Below the pieces are notes generated by a model. The model was given only the letters and a program-made list of their open reading frames with translations, was not told the DNA's origin and did not search any database. Made by a program: the position numbers and the translations under genes. A stretch of DNA of 35,766 nucleotides. Source: a virus. Below, one piece after another: positions 1 to 9,155 of the stretch. Each line of letters begins with the position of its first letter. Within the stretch, counting starts at the first letter, position 1. The stretch lies in the IMG/VR virus record IMGVR_UViG_3300045988_100376; one strand, written 5' to 3'.

Positions 1-85
1 CTAATGCTTTGCACAGCTTTTGTTTCAGCAGTATTAGCAATAAAAATAGTAGCCGCCCATTTGTATAAAACAATAGACAGCTACC
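1..85. repeat. Terminal direct repeat, identical to 35682-35766; marks circular closure or terminal redundancy
   Basis: I compared both ends base by base: ctaatgctttgcacag...caatagacagctacc occurs at both ends. Confidence 0.95.
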
Positions 86-147
86 TTGATAAGCACGACG
101 CTCAAATTATGGATCTGATTAAGTGGGCAAAGGAGAATGAAAATTGA
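1..147 (+). CDS. 3' part of a 57-aa small membrane protein whose start lies at 35655, across the circular junction
   Basis: Frame 1 is open from position 1 to TGA at 145-147. Joined with 35655-35766 it reads MEVIIILGLLMLCTAFVSAVLAIKIVAAHLYKTIDSYLDKHDAQIMDLIKWAKENEN, with an N-terminal TM helix. Confidence 0.5.
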   Translation, partial: LMLCTAFVSAVLAIKIVAAHLYKTIDSYLDKHDAQIMDLIKWAKENEN

Positions 148-242
148 ACAAGTTTTTAATGTTTGTAGTGTTTATTCTCAACGCAATTATCTTACTTCTG
201 CTGATTACTGCAATGCTTATCAAAGCAGGAGTTATCCATTAA
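144..242 (+). CDS. 32-aa hydrophobic peptide (TTG start): MNKFLMFVVFILNAIILLLLITAMLIKAGVIH
   Basis: AAGGAG lies 8 nt upstream of TTG at 144. The start overlaps the previous stop (ttga). There is a single TM-like segment. Too short for the ORF track. Confidence 0.35.
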   Translation: MNKFLMFVVFILNAIILLLLITAMLIKAGVIH

Positions 243-282
243 ATTCAGCAACAAACAACATTTATTTTTAGGAGGTGTACAT

Positions 283-522
283 ATGGACACAGTTCAGATG
301 AACAAAAAAATCAAAGAAATTATGGATAGCAGTGATGTCTATCTGCTCTCGGAAGATGTCGCAAAGGCTATTGGAGTTGCTCCGCAAAACTTGCGTGAAC
401 AGGCAAAGGACGAACCCGAAAAATTGGGATTCAATGTAATTGTAGTCGGCACATCTATCCGTATTCCGAGAATACCGTTTCTCAATTATATTCTCGGTTC
501 AAACCCGTTGAAAGGAGTGTAA
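283..522 (+). CDS. Excisionase-family/MerR-like HTH DNA-binding protein (early regulator or Xis)
   Basis: RBS taggaggtg. The pattern LSEDVAKAIGV...NLRE...IRIPRIPFLNYI resembles the HTH_17/excisionase fold. Confidence 0.55.
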   Translation: MDTVQMNKKIKEIMDSSDVYLLSEDVAKAIGVAPQNLREQAKDEPEKLGFNVIVVGTSIRIPRIPFLNYILGSNPLKGV

Positions 523-525
523 CAA

Positions 526-825
526 ATGGCATTTAAAGATTTAGAAACAAAAAGGTCGCTTAGAAAAAAGTACCGTGACAGCAAAGACCAGCTTAAATAC
601 ACGCAAAAAAGTCTTGCAAGCACCGAGCAGGAGCGTGACATTGCGAACAGCCGTCTCGAAAAAATAAAAGCAAAGCTTAACAAGGTGACAGCCTTATATG
701 TTGCCGAAAGAGCGAAAAACGCAGAACTGGTCCGCAAGCTCAAAGCCCTTGAAACGCCTGAATCCGAAGCATTCAATTTTGAATGTGTGGGGGTTGAAAA
801 TGCCAACGACTACAAGGTTGTTTGA
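526..825 (+). CDS. Hypothetical coiled-coil protein
   Basis: RBS gaaaggag. Charged, heptad-like sequence. Compact gene spacing. Confidence 0.6.
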   Translation: MAFKDLETKRSLRKKYRDSKDQLKYTQKSLASTEQERDIANSRLEKIKAKLNKVTALYVAERAKNAELVRKLKALETPESEAFNFECVGVENANDYKVV

Positions 826-887
826 TGAAAAGAACATTTTGCGGACCTTAGCAAAATGTTTATCAAATATAAAGGTGGGAAAATATT

Positions 888-1133
888 TTGAATTACACTG
901 ATTTTATATCCTCAAACGGATACATATGTACTGAATCTGAGTTTGAAATTGCTAAGGCACACGCTAAGAACAAGTTGGCGGTTATTATCAGCCGATTTGG
1001 TGATGCAAACGGTGAACGCCTTGAGGATTATTACCTTGAACAGCTTATCAGGGAAGAACTCAGAGCTGAAAGAGTATCAAAGGCGTTGTTTGAAATGCAA
1101 CTTGCAGGCAAAGAGAAATCCCGCATTGCTTAG
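888..1133 (+). CDS. Hypothetical protein
   Basis: TTG start preceded by aaaggtggg. In the operon frame. Confidence 0.5.
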   Translation: MNYTDFISSNGYICTESEFEIAKAHAKNKLAVIISRFGDANGERLEDYYLEQLIREELRAERVSKALFEMQLAGKEKSRIA

Positions 1134-1223
1134 GAACAGCAACACGGGATTAAACAAAAAGAAATTTAAACAAGCTCATTATATCATATTGAATCGAAAA
1201 ATCAATAGTTAGGAGATATTAAA

Positions 1224-1430
1224 ATGTGCGAAGTATGCAGAAACACTCCGTGTAATCCGATGTGCCCAAACGCACCGCAAGTACTGGTAATGGGGCATTG
1301 CAGAGCGTGCAACGCAGAACTCAGATATGATTATACATATTTCAGAGATACAAATGATGATATTTTCTGTTCTCGTGAATGTGCCGAACTTTTTCACGGC
1401 ATTACCGAGGAAGAATGGTCAATAGATTAA
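1224..1430 (+). CDS. Small Cys-rich (zinc-finger-like) protein
   Basis: RBS taggag. Motifs CEVC...CNPMC...CRAC...CSREC. Confidence 0.6.
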   Translation: MCEVCRNTPCNPMCPNAPQVLVMGHCRACNAELRYDYTYFRDTNDDIFCSRECAELFHGITEEEWSID

Positions 1431-1444
1431 GGAGGTAACATAAA

Positions 1445-2404
1445 ATGACCAAAATTACAGAACCCGTTAATTTGCTTGAAACTGCTGATATGGAAGAAGT
1501 AAAAAATCTGTCAACAGTTAATGATGTAGAACCTGATTCAACCGATTTAATTCAGGTAGCTCAGATTCCTGTCATTATCGAGAATCTCAAGCTGGTTAAA
1601 TCTGAAATTGAGAAAAAGGTAAACACTGCCTGCGAAATGATATGTACAGACGAAAACTACAAGGAAATCAAGAAGTTGCGTTCATCGCTCAATAAGGAAT
1701 TTGCGGAATTTGAAACTCGCCGAAAAGCGGTTAAATCGGAAATAATAACACCTTATGAGGCTTTTGAAACAGTTTATAAGGATTGTGTAACAAATCCGTA
1801 CAAAAAGGCAGATTCGGCGCTCAAGGGCAAAATTAACGCTACCGAGCAGGAATTAAAAAGGATTAAATACGAAAAGTCTATGAGTTATTTTGAAGAATAT
1901 AAGAAATCACTCGGTATTGACTTCGTAACATATGAGCAGGTTAATCTGAATATAACCATGAGCGTATCTCTCAAAAAGCTAAAAGAAACCATTAAGACCT
2001 TTTTGGACAAGGTTATGGATGACTTAAAGCTTATCGCAACGCAGGAGCACAAGGACGAAATCCTGTACGAGTATAAGCGGTCTTTGAATGTATCGGTTGC
2101 AATAACTTCCGTAACAGAGAGGTACAAGGCTATTGAAGAAGAAAAAGCAAGGGCAGAAGCCGAAAGAGCAGAGCGTGAAAAAGCCGAGCAGGCTGTGAGC
2201 AACACTCTTCACGAATATGAACCGTTTGTTGCAAATGTGCCTGAAGAAGTTGCTCCTCCGGTTGAAGAAATATCAGAACAGCCACAGCAAGATGAAAAAG
2301 TTCTGTCATTGTCATTCAAGGTTTACGGTACAAAATCACAGCTTAAAGATTTTGCACTCACTGTTAAGCAGTTAATCAACGAAAGGGGATTGCGCTATGA
2401 GTAA
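1445..2404 (+). CDS. DUF1351-like protein that typically precedes RecT/Erf recombinases in Firmicutes phages
   Basis: RBS aaggaggt. Lies immediately upstream of recT and overlaps it. Long helical, acidic protein typical of this family. The assignment rests on position and composition. Confidence 0.5.
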   Translation: MTKITEPVNLLETADMEEVKNLSTVNDVEPDSTDLIQVAQIPVIIENLKLVKSEIEKKVNTACEMICTDENYKEIKKLRSSLNKEFAEFETRRKAVKSEIITPYEAFETVYKDCVTNPYKKADSALKGKINATEQELKRIKYEKSMSYFEEYKKSLGIDFVTYEQVNLNITMSVSLKKLKETIKTFLDKVMDDLKLIATQEHKDEILYEYKRSLNVSVAITSVTERYKAIEEEKARAEAERAEREKAEQAVSNTLHEYEPFVANVPEEVAPPVEEISEQPQQDEKVLSLSFKVYGTKSQLKDFALTVKQLINERGLRYE

Positions 2405-3272
2405 TTATAATAATCAAAACAATCAGATTCAGCAGAGAAAGCCGAAGTTTTCGTCAATGCTCCAGACACAGGCTTTTCAGAAAAGTCTTTCAAACTCAAT
2501 GAAAGACCCGAAGGAAATTCAGAAATTTACGGCGGCTATCACATCTGTGGTGAGTACAAATCCTGCACTCGAAGAATGCGATGCAGCTACAATTCTTTCG
2601 GCGGCTCTTTGCGGTCACTCTCTCGGACTTCCTCCGTCACCACAGCTCGGTCAGTATTATATGGTCCCGTTTAAGGACAGAAAGAATAAGCGTACAACAG
2701 CTACATTTGTTCTTGGCTATCGTGGCTATATTCAGCTTGCTATCCGTTCAGGACAGTATAAAAGACTTAATGTGGTGGAAATCAAAGAGAGAGAACTTCT
2801 TAATTGGGATCCGCTCACAGAAGAAATTACAATCAAAATGATTGAAGATGAAACAGAGCGTGAAACAGCTGAAACAATCGGATATTATGCTTATTTTCGC
2901 TATGTAAACGGCTTTGAGAAAGCTCTTTACTGGAGTAAGGATAAGATGAAACAGCACGCTATGAAGTATTCAGCCGGATATGCAAGCGATGTCAATAAGG
3001 GTACAAGTTACACTTTTTGGGCAAATGATTTTGATGCTATGGCAAAAAAGACAATGCTCAGACAGCTTATAAGCAAATGGGGTATTATGAGTGTTGAAAT
3101 GCAGACAGCATATGAAGCTGATAATCATATTATCAATGCTGACGGAACTCCCGATTATGACACCGATACCATGATTGATGCAGAAGTTCCTGCTGAAACA
3201 CCTGAAATTTACAATTCATCTTCATCTGAACCGGATGAAGAACAGTTCTCTATTGATGATCTTGCAGAATGA
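2397..3272 (+). CDS. recT: RecT-family single-strand annealing recombinase
   Basis: Motifs LGLPPSPQLGQYYMVPF, GYRGYIQLAIRSGQYK and MAKKTMLRQLISKWG are typical of RecT. Confidence 0.85.
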   Translation: MSNYNNQNNQIQQRKPKFSSMLQTQAFQKSLSNSMKDPKEIQKFTAAITSVVSTNPALEECDAATILSAALCGHSLGLPPSPQLGQYYMVPFKDRKNKRTTATFVLGYRGYIQLAIRSGQYKRLNVVEIKERELLNWDPLTEEITIKMIEDETERETAETIGYYAYFRYVNGFEKALYWSKDKMKQHAMKYSAGYASDVNKGTSYTFWANDFDAMAKKTMLRQLISKWGIMSVEMQTAYEADNHIINADGTPDYDTDTMIDAEVPAETPEIYNSSSSEPDEEQFSIDDLAE

Positions 3273-3273
3273 A

Positions 3274-3939
3274 ATGATTGATTTAGAGATAATAAGCACA
3301 GGCTCTAATGGCAACGCAGTCTTTCTTGACGGTCAGGTCTTGATTGACTGCGGAGTGCCGTTCAACAAACTTGTTGAGTGTGAAGTGGTTGACCGAGTTA
3401 AATATGTTTTTTTAACTCATCAACACGGAGACCATTGTAATGTTGCTACTCTAAAGCGACTGCTGTCCGAACACCCTTGTATTCGGATAATTTACCCCAA
3501 TTATCTTTGCAAAAAGCTTTTTTTATTAGGTGATACCTCCTTTCAATACAATTCTTTCATAGTCGCTCAGGATAAATGGTACTCAATCAGCAATATTACT
3601 TTTTCAGCAGTACCACTTCGGCATGATGTTCCTAATATCGGCTGGAAGTTACACTTCAACACTCAACAGGGGATATATAAAGTTATATACGCAACTGATA
3701 CATCGGAAATCGCTCATATAACAGCTAAGAACTACGATTTGTATCTTGTAGAAGCTAACTACTCAAAAACAGAATTACTTAATCGAATAAAAGATAAACG
3801 ATTGAAAGGTCAATATGTGTACGAAGATAGAGTTCTTCGTACACATTTGAGCAAAGAAAAGTGCGATGAATGGTTGTATCAAAATATGGGTAATAACAGT
3901 TTCTTCGTTTATATGCACCAACATGAGGACTTAGTATGA
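3274..3939 (+). CDS. MBL-fold metallo-hydrolase
   Basis: HQHGDH motif after NAVFLDG..LIDCG. I chose the ATG at 3274, just after the recT stop; the track ORF starts at 3175 inside recT. Confidence 0.7.
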   Translation: MIDLEIISTGSNGNAVFLDGQVLIDCGVPFNKLVECEVVDRVKYVFLTHQHGDHCNVATLKRLLSEHPCIRIIYPNYLCKKLFLLGDTSFQYNSFIVAQDKWYSISNITFSAVPLRHDVPNIGWKLHFNTQQGIYKVIYATDTSEIAHITAKNYDLYLVEANYSKTELLNRIKDKRLKGQYVYEDRVLRTHLSKEKCDEWLYQNMGNNSFFVYMHQHEDLV

Positions 3940-4586
3940 TTACATCAGCGAACATAGTATCTTATGACGGATATAACTTAATAGTAAGACCGCATGAGCG
4001 TATCGGCAGAGAACTTGCACAGAAACAAGTACATGAAATTGAACTCAGAATTGTTGACGGACGCACGATTTCTGCCGAACAGCGAAGAAAAATATACGCA
4101 ATCATCAGAGATATAGCATTTTGGTGCGGAGATAATCCCGAATGGATTAAAGAATATTTCAAGTTTAATTTTTGCGGTGAATTTGGCATTGAATACTTTT
4201 CGCTGTCTGATTGCGAAAAAAGCGTAGCAAGAGATTTCATAAGCTATCTGATAGATTTTTGTTTCTACCAAAATATCGGAACAAGAGATACTCTGCTTAA
4301 TGTTACAGATGATATAGGCAGATACTTGTACAGTTGTCTTGAAAATCGTAAGTGTGCAATATGCAATGCACCAGGTGAAGTTCATCATGTTGACAGAATT
4401 GGTATGGGGCGAGATAGGGAACAGATTGTACATATAGGATTAAAAGCTATATGCCTTTGCAGAAAGCACCACGATGAAGCACATCGGCACGAAAAAGAGC
4501 TGTTTGATAAGTACAAAATCTACGGTATAGAGCTTGATGAATATCTTTGTACAAAGCTGAAACTTAATACAAAAAGAAAGAGGTGA
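3936..4586 (+). CDS. Protein with a C-terminal HNH/zinc-finger nuclease-like motif
   Basis: CAICNAPGEVHHVDRIG...CLCRKHHDEAHRHE. RBS gagga. Confidence 0.5.
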   Translation: MITSANIVSYDGYNLIVRPHERIGRELAQKQVHEIELRIVDGRTISAEQRRKIYAIIRDIAFWCGDNPEWIKEYFKFNFCGEFGIEYFSLSDCEKSVARDFISYLIDFCFYQNIGTRDTLLNVTDDIGRYLYSCLENRKCAICNAPGEVHHVDRIGMGRDREQIVHIGLKAICLCRKHHDEAHRHEKELFDKYKIYGIELDEYLCTKLKLNTKRKR

Positions 4587-4594
4587 TACAGTGA

Positions 4595-5482
4595 ATGGCT
4601 GGACAACCAAAGCGAGGGCTTGACTTTGCGGCTTGGGATGTTCACTTGTTCGATGATGATGAGAGATTTGATGTGCTTATTGATGCACAGGGTTGGGACG
4701 GCTTTGGAGTATTTTTTTGGATTTGTACCAAAGCTTATGCAACAAATGGTTACTATTATGAGTGGCGAGAAGAAACCAGTGCTGCCACGATAGCGAAACG
4801 AATGAGCGGTGGAATTAAATCAGATACGGTAAATCAGGTAGTTAAGCTTTGCTTACGAATTGGGCTGTTTGATAACGGGCTGTTTGATAGGGAGAGCATA
4901 CTGACCAACAAAATGATGCAAGAACGATATATGTACGCTATCGAAAAACGCTCCGTGCGAGGTCGCACAATAAATAGATTATATTGGCTTTTGAAAACGG
5001 AAGAAACAAAGGCTTATATAGTTATACCTGAAAATGAGCATAATCTCTCCGAGAATGAACATAATCTCTCCGAGAACGACACAAAGAAAAGTAAAGTAAA
5101 GGAAAGTAAAGTAAATAGAAATAATTATTATGCGATGCCGTCTGCAAATGCAGCCGACACCGCCGGTGAAAATATTTTTATTACATTACCTTTGAACGAT
5201 AAGAGTAATTATCCAGTTTCAAAATCTGATGTTCAGCACTACAAAATTTTGTATCCTGCTGTTGATGTAGAACAACAATTGCGTTCGATGTTGGGGTGGC
5301 TCGAAGCTAATCCGAGCAGGAGAAAAACAAGAACCGGCATTAAAGGTTTCATTACTAAATGGCTTAATAAGGTCCAAGACAGAGGAGGTGTAGGATATGG
5401 ATTCAATCCAAGCGATAATGTCAAGAATAATGTCACCACAGCGAGCGGAGGAAATTATCCAACGGGCGAGAAAGTCTTCTAA
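4595..5482 (+). CDS. Phage replisome organizer / replication initiator (DUF4373 N-terminus, DnaD-like C-terminus)
   Basis: N-terminus GLDFAAWDVHLFDDD...GWDGFGVFFWI. C-terminus WLEANPSRRKTRTGIKGFITKWLNK. Lies upstream of the DnaC-like loader. Confidence 0.7.
   Translation: MAGQPKRGLDFAAWDVHLFDDDERFDVLIDAQGWDGFGVFFWICTKAYATNGYYYEWREETSAATIAKRMSGGIKSDTVNQVVKLCLRIGLFDNGLFDRESILTNKMMQERYMYAIEKRSVRGRTINRLYWLLKTEETKAYIVIPENEHNLSENEHNLSENDTKKSKVKESKVNRNNYYAMPSANAADTAGENIFITLPLNDKSNYPVSKSDVQHYKILYPAVDVEQQLRSMLGWLEANPSRRKTRTGIKGFITKWLNKVQDRGGVGYGFNPSDNVKNNVTTASGGNYPTGEKVF
5030..5116. repeat. Two sets of tandem direct repeats inside the organizer gene; candidate origin iterons
   Basis: The 21-bp unit (g/a)a(g/a)aatga(g/a)cataatctctcc appears twice, plus a partial third copy (5030-5077). 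The ~15-bp unit gaaagtaaagtaaa appears twice (5086-5116). AT-rich DNA follows. Confidence 0.6.
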
Positions 5483-6269
5483 AGAACTCACTCCGAGAGA
5501 AAAAGCCGAACAAGAAGCAAAAGTGTTTAACTCAACACCCGGTAAGCTCATTGGCTATGAGTGCGAGAAATGTATGAACCGAGGCTATATTTACCGTGTA
5601 AAGGCAGGCGAAACGCCTTTCGGGCAGGTTACATATGATGTGGTTGCTTGCAAATGTGATTGTATGAAAATTCGAGATGAACTTCACAGAATGCAGAACA
5701 GCGGTCTTCAAAAACTTCTTAAACGATATACTTTTGAAAGTTACAAGACAACCTCAGATTGGCAGAAATATGTGAAAGATAAAGCATATGAGTACATTGA
5801 CAAATGCTCTGATTGGTTCTTCTTCGGCGGTCAGCCCGGTTGTGGAAAGACACATATATGTACGGCTATTGTCGGAGCATTACTCAAAAAAGGCAAAGCA
5901 CCTAAATATATGCTTTGGCAGGATGATATTACCAAAATCAAGCAGGCATCGAGTAATTTAGAGGTGTATGAAGCTCTCATAAATTCATATAAGCAAGCGG
6001 AAATTCTTTACATTGATGATTTCTTTAAAACTCGCAGGGGCGATTTTGTCTCAACAGCTGATGTCAATGCTACATTTAAGATTATCAATTACAGATACAA
6101 TGAAGGATTGCCGACTGTCATAACATCTGAATTATCACTTGAACAGATTTCGCAGATTGATGAGGCTTTAGGCAGTAGAATTTCAGAAATGGCTAATCCG
6201 AAAATTTTTATTAAAGCCGATAAAAATAAGAATTACCGTTTTACGAGAGGAAATGAAAATGATGTCTGA
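5397..6269 (+). CDS. DnaC/IstB-like AAA+ helicase loader with an N-terminal Cys cluster
   Basis: Walker A GGQPGCGKTH, Walker B ILYIDDF. RBS ggaggtg. Confidence 0.8.
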   Translation: MDSIQAIMSRIMSPQRAEEIIQRARKSSKELTPREKAEQEAKVFNSTPGKLIGYECEKCMNRGYIYRVKAGETPFGQVTYDVVACKCDCMKIRDELHRMQNSGLQKLLKRYTFESYKTTSDWQKYVKDKAYEYIDKCSDWFFFGGQPGCGKTHICTAIVGALLKKGKAPKYMLWQDDITKIKQASSNLEVYEALINSYKQAEILYIDDFFKTRRGDFVSTADVNATFKIINYRYNEGLPTVITSELSLEQISQIDEALGSRISEMANPKIFIKADKNKNYRFTRGNENDV

Positions 6270-6624
6270 AGCACAGGAGCAATGTAAACTCATTAAATGG
6301 GCGGATAAATGTGTGCAAATGAAAATACATCCTGAACTTTCAATGCTGTACGCTGTTCCAAATGGTGGCAGAAGAGATAAAGCCGAAGCCGCACATCTTA
6401 AAAGGCAAGGAGTTAGGGCAGGTGTTCCGGATTTATGCCTTGCTGTGCCAAAAGGTAAATATCACGGCTTATATATTGAGCTTAAAGTCGGCAACAATAA
6501 GACTTCTGAACATCAGGATAAATGGTTGCAGAATCTTTCACGGTGCGGATACGCCGTAAAGGTATGTTATGGCAGTACATCAGCAAAGCAGACAATTGAA
6601 AAATATCTGCAATTGGGTGATTGA
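6253..6624 (+). CDS. VRR-NUC domain nuclease
   Basis: PNGG...GVRAGVPDLCL...YIELKVG...HQ..W pattern. Confidence 0.75.
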   Translation: MKMMSEAQEQCKLIKWADKCVQMKIHPELSMLYAVPNGGRRDKAEAAHLKRQGVRAGVPDLCLAVPKGKYHGLYIELKVGNNKTSEHQDKWLQNLSRCGYAVKVCYGSTSAKQTIEKYLQLGD

Positions 6625-6626
6625 TT

Positions 6627-6821
6627 ATGAAATTGCAGGTTTGTCGAAAGTGTAAACACGAATATCATCCGTGTAGCATACGGAAATGCCCGTACTCTGA
6701 AAAAGGTTTGTACATCTGCGTTTACTGCTGTAAGCACTGTAGGTTTTGCAAGCCCGTAAGCACAGGCTTTGTCTGTGAATTTGAAAGGAGAGAAAGCATT
6801 GAAAGCGAGAATACCCGTTAA
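6627..6821 (+). CDS. Small Cys-rich protein
   Basis: Multiple CxxC motifs. The ATG at 6627 is 6 nt after gggtga. Confidence 0.45.
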   Translation: MKLQVCRKCKHEYHPCSIRKCPYSEKGLYICVYCCKHCRFCKPVSTGFVCEFERRESIESENTR

Positions 6822-7149
6822 GCTGAAAAGAGAGACTATGGCGGAGATTAACCGCCTTGCAGATAGAGAATATCAGAAAGTCAAGGACAAGGAAATTGCG
6901 GACGCCACAAGGCGAATTTTTAAGACGATTGTATTTGCTTTGTATAAGGATTTCGGCTTTGGCCGTGATAGATGCGCAAAGGCACTAAAGTCTATGACCG
7001 AAATAATTGAACACTCTGACACTGACGAAGTGTTTTGGGAGCATATCGACCGTGTGGTTATCGACAAGCTGAAACTTGAATTTGAGAAGCGGGACTACAC
7101 AGACAACGGAAAAGTTGTTAATTTTGAAGGAGACGAAGAAAATGATTGA
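6799..7149 (+). CDS. Hypothetical protein
   Basis: The TTG at 6799 is 6 nt after aaaggagag. The track start at 6769 is also possible. Confidence 0.5.
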   Translation: MKARIPVKLKRETMAEINRLADREYQKVKDKEIADATRRIFKTIVFALYKDFGFGRDRCAKALKSMTEIIEHSDTDEVFWEHIDRVVIDKLKLEFEKRDYTDNGKVVNFEGDEEND

Positions 7150-7519
7150 TTGTACGAAAACTACAAACTACTTCAGCGAAAAGAAAAGAATGGGTAGACA
7201 GGCGAGCGGAGTGTGCAAACTTAGATGTACAGATTGCCCTATGGGCATGAGGAATAACGGCATAGGTGTTACGTGTTCGGATTTTGAATCATCTTACCCT
7301 GAACAAGCAATCGAAGTTGTTCAGAGGTGGAGCGACGAACACCCACAAAAAACTTATTTGAGTGAGTTCTTAAAAAATCATCCGAATGCTCTGCTCAATG
7401 ATGACGGAACACCCACTTTTTGTCCTTATAGATTAGGACTTATGGGTGCAGATGATTGCAGAAAAGACGGTAACTGTGTAAAGTGCTGGACTCAGCCTAT
7501 TGAGGGCGGTGAAAAGTAA
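7142..7519 (+). CDS. Cys-rich hypothetical protein
   Basis: The ATG at 7142 overlaps the previous stop. Several Cys pairs. Confidence 0.55.
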   Translation: MIDCTKTTNYFSEKKRMGRQASGVCKLRCTDCPMGMRNNGIGVTCSDFESSYPEQAIEVVQRWSDEHPQKTYLSEFLKNHPNALLNDDGTPTFCPYRLGLMGADDCRKDGNCVKCWTQPIEGGEK

Positions 7520-8382
7520 TGGACTTAGAAAATGTTGCTATAATGCGACTTCGTGAGGGAGCAGAAATAAGTAAGCATTACTATGATAAACCGCTTATGC
7601 TTTGTTATTCAGGAGGCAAAGACAGCGACATTATTTTAGATTTAGCCCTTAAATCAGGCATAGACTTTGAGGTTCAACATAGTCACACAACGGCTGATGC
7701 TCCCGAAACGGTTTACCACATACGCAATAAATTTAAGGAGTTGGAATCTAAAGGCATTAAATGCAACATTGATATGCCAAGATACAAGGGCAAGCCGACC
7801 TCCATGTGGTCACTGATAGTGCAAAAAGGTATTCCACCCACAAGGTTAGTAAGATATTGTTGTGCAATTCTGAAAGAAACAGGCGGTAAGAATCGTGCTA
7901 TTGCCACAGGAGTGCGAAGAGCCGAAAGCACAAAAAGACGGTCGAAAGGAGTTATTGAAACCTATACTCCTAATCCTTCCGATAGAATTATCCTTAACAA
8001 TGACAATGACGATAAGAGGCAGATAGTTGAGCATTGTCAGTTACAAGGGAAGATAATCTTCAACCCTATTTGTGATTGGTCGGATAGTGATGTTAGGGAG
8101 TACATCAACCAAGAACACATTAATCTTAATCCGTTATACAGTTGTGGATTTGACCGTGTTGGATGCATTGGCTGTCCAATGGCAAGTAAGAAGAGATTTG
8201 CGGAGTTTGCACGATATCCCAAGTACCGAAAAATGTATATAAGAGCATTTGATAAGATGCTTGAAGTGAGAAAGCAAAGAGGCAAAGCTACACAACACGC
8301 TAACGGACTTGAGGTTTATCACTGGTGGATGCAGGATGGTGTTTTACCGGGGCAATTAAGTTTTGACGGAGAGGATTGGTGA
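7519..8382 (+). CDS. PAPS-reductase-like PP-loop ATP-pyrophosphatase family protein (DndC/IbrA-like)
   Basis: PP-loop YSGGKDS near the N-terminus. C-terminal Cys cluster CGFDRVGCIGCP. Confidence 0.75.
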   Translation: MDLENVAIMRLREGAEISKHYYDKPLMLCYSGGKDSDIILDLALKSGIDFEVQHSHTTADAPETVYHIRNKFKELESKGIKCNIDMPRYKGKPTSMWSLIVQKGIPPTRLVRYCCAILKETGGKNRAIATGVRRAESTKRRSKGVIETYTPNPSDRIILNNDNDDKRQIVEHCQLQGKIIFNPICDWSDSDVREYINQEHINLNPLYSCGFDRVGCIGCPMASKKRFAEFARYPKYRKMYIRAFDKMLEVRKQRGKATQHANGLEVYHWWMQDGVLPGQLSFDGEDW

Positions 8383-8388
8383 AGAGCG

Positions 8389-8736
8389 ATGATTGAAAAA
8401 GAATTAAAAATCCGTGATTTTTGCGGTGACTATGCTTTGGATATACCCGATTATAATGGTAGCAATTTCACTTTGTATTTCAATTCAAAGAAAAACGCCG
8501 AAAATGTAAAACGCATTATTGAGATTGACGGAAGCAAACCTAACGAAGCAACCGTGTGTGAAATGCAAGAGATTAAGCACGGAAGTTGGGAATATGACAG
8601 CGAGGGTGTCGACTGTGCAATTTATTTATGTTCTGAGTGTGGTAATTTTATTGCTCTTTATGCGGGCGTTTTTAGCGAGGGTATTGATTTGTATCCATAT
8701 TGCCCTTACTGCGGAGCAAAAATGGATAAGGAGTGA
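8389..8736 (+). CDS. Hypothetical protein with a C-terminal zinc ribbon
   Basis: CSECG...CPYCG. Confidence 0.5.
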   Translation: MIEKELKIRDFCGDYALDIPDYNGSNFTLYFNSKKNAENVKRIIEIDGSKPNEATVCEMQEIKHGSWEYDSEGVDCAIYLCSECGNFIALYAGVFSEGIDLYPYCPYCGAKMDKE

Positions 8737-8741
8737 AAATA

Positions 8742-9155
8742 ATGACAAGAACTGAATTTGAAAAGTATTTAGGTAAGGATGTAACAATTACTCTGTATGA
8801 TGGAGCGATATACGCAGGCATATTACACCAAACTGGCGAAAAAGCTTTTGCGGACAATCCTAATTTATCAGTGCCGTTAAATTTTTATTTTTGTATTGAT
8901 GAGAATAATGAAGTAGTTAAAAATACTGTATTTAGAGTGTCGCATATCCAGAAAATCAGCTGCAATGAAAAGTTAAGAATGACAAATTTTGAAAGGATTA
9001 AATCAATGAGTATTGATGAAATGGCTCGAAGTTGTATAGACTTTTTCAGTTGCCCGTACGGAACTCCGTATGTCGGTTGTCCTATGGAAAAGCGATTCAA
9101 TAACAGCTGTATTGACTGCACAAAACATTGGCTTGAAAGTGAGGTAGAAGAATGA
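8742..9155 (+). CDS. Hypothetical protein
   Basis: The ATG at 8742 is 8 nt after aaggag. Confidence 0.5.
   Translation: MTRTEFEKYLGKDVTITLYDGAIYAGILHQTGEKAFADNPNLSVPLNFYFCIDENNEVVKNTVFRVSHIQKISCNEKLRMTNFERIKSMSIDEMARSCIDFFSCPYGTPYVGCPMEKRFNNSCIDCTKHWLESEVEE

Noticed and set aside
1-85. Terminal repeat as a biological direct terminal repeat or cos site
   Set aside because: The terminase genes (small and large subunits) and the continuous ORF across the join fit an assembly overlap of a circular or circularly permuted genome. I kept it only as a low-interest finding because sequence alone cannot decide.
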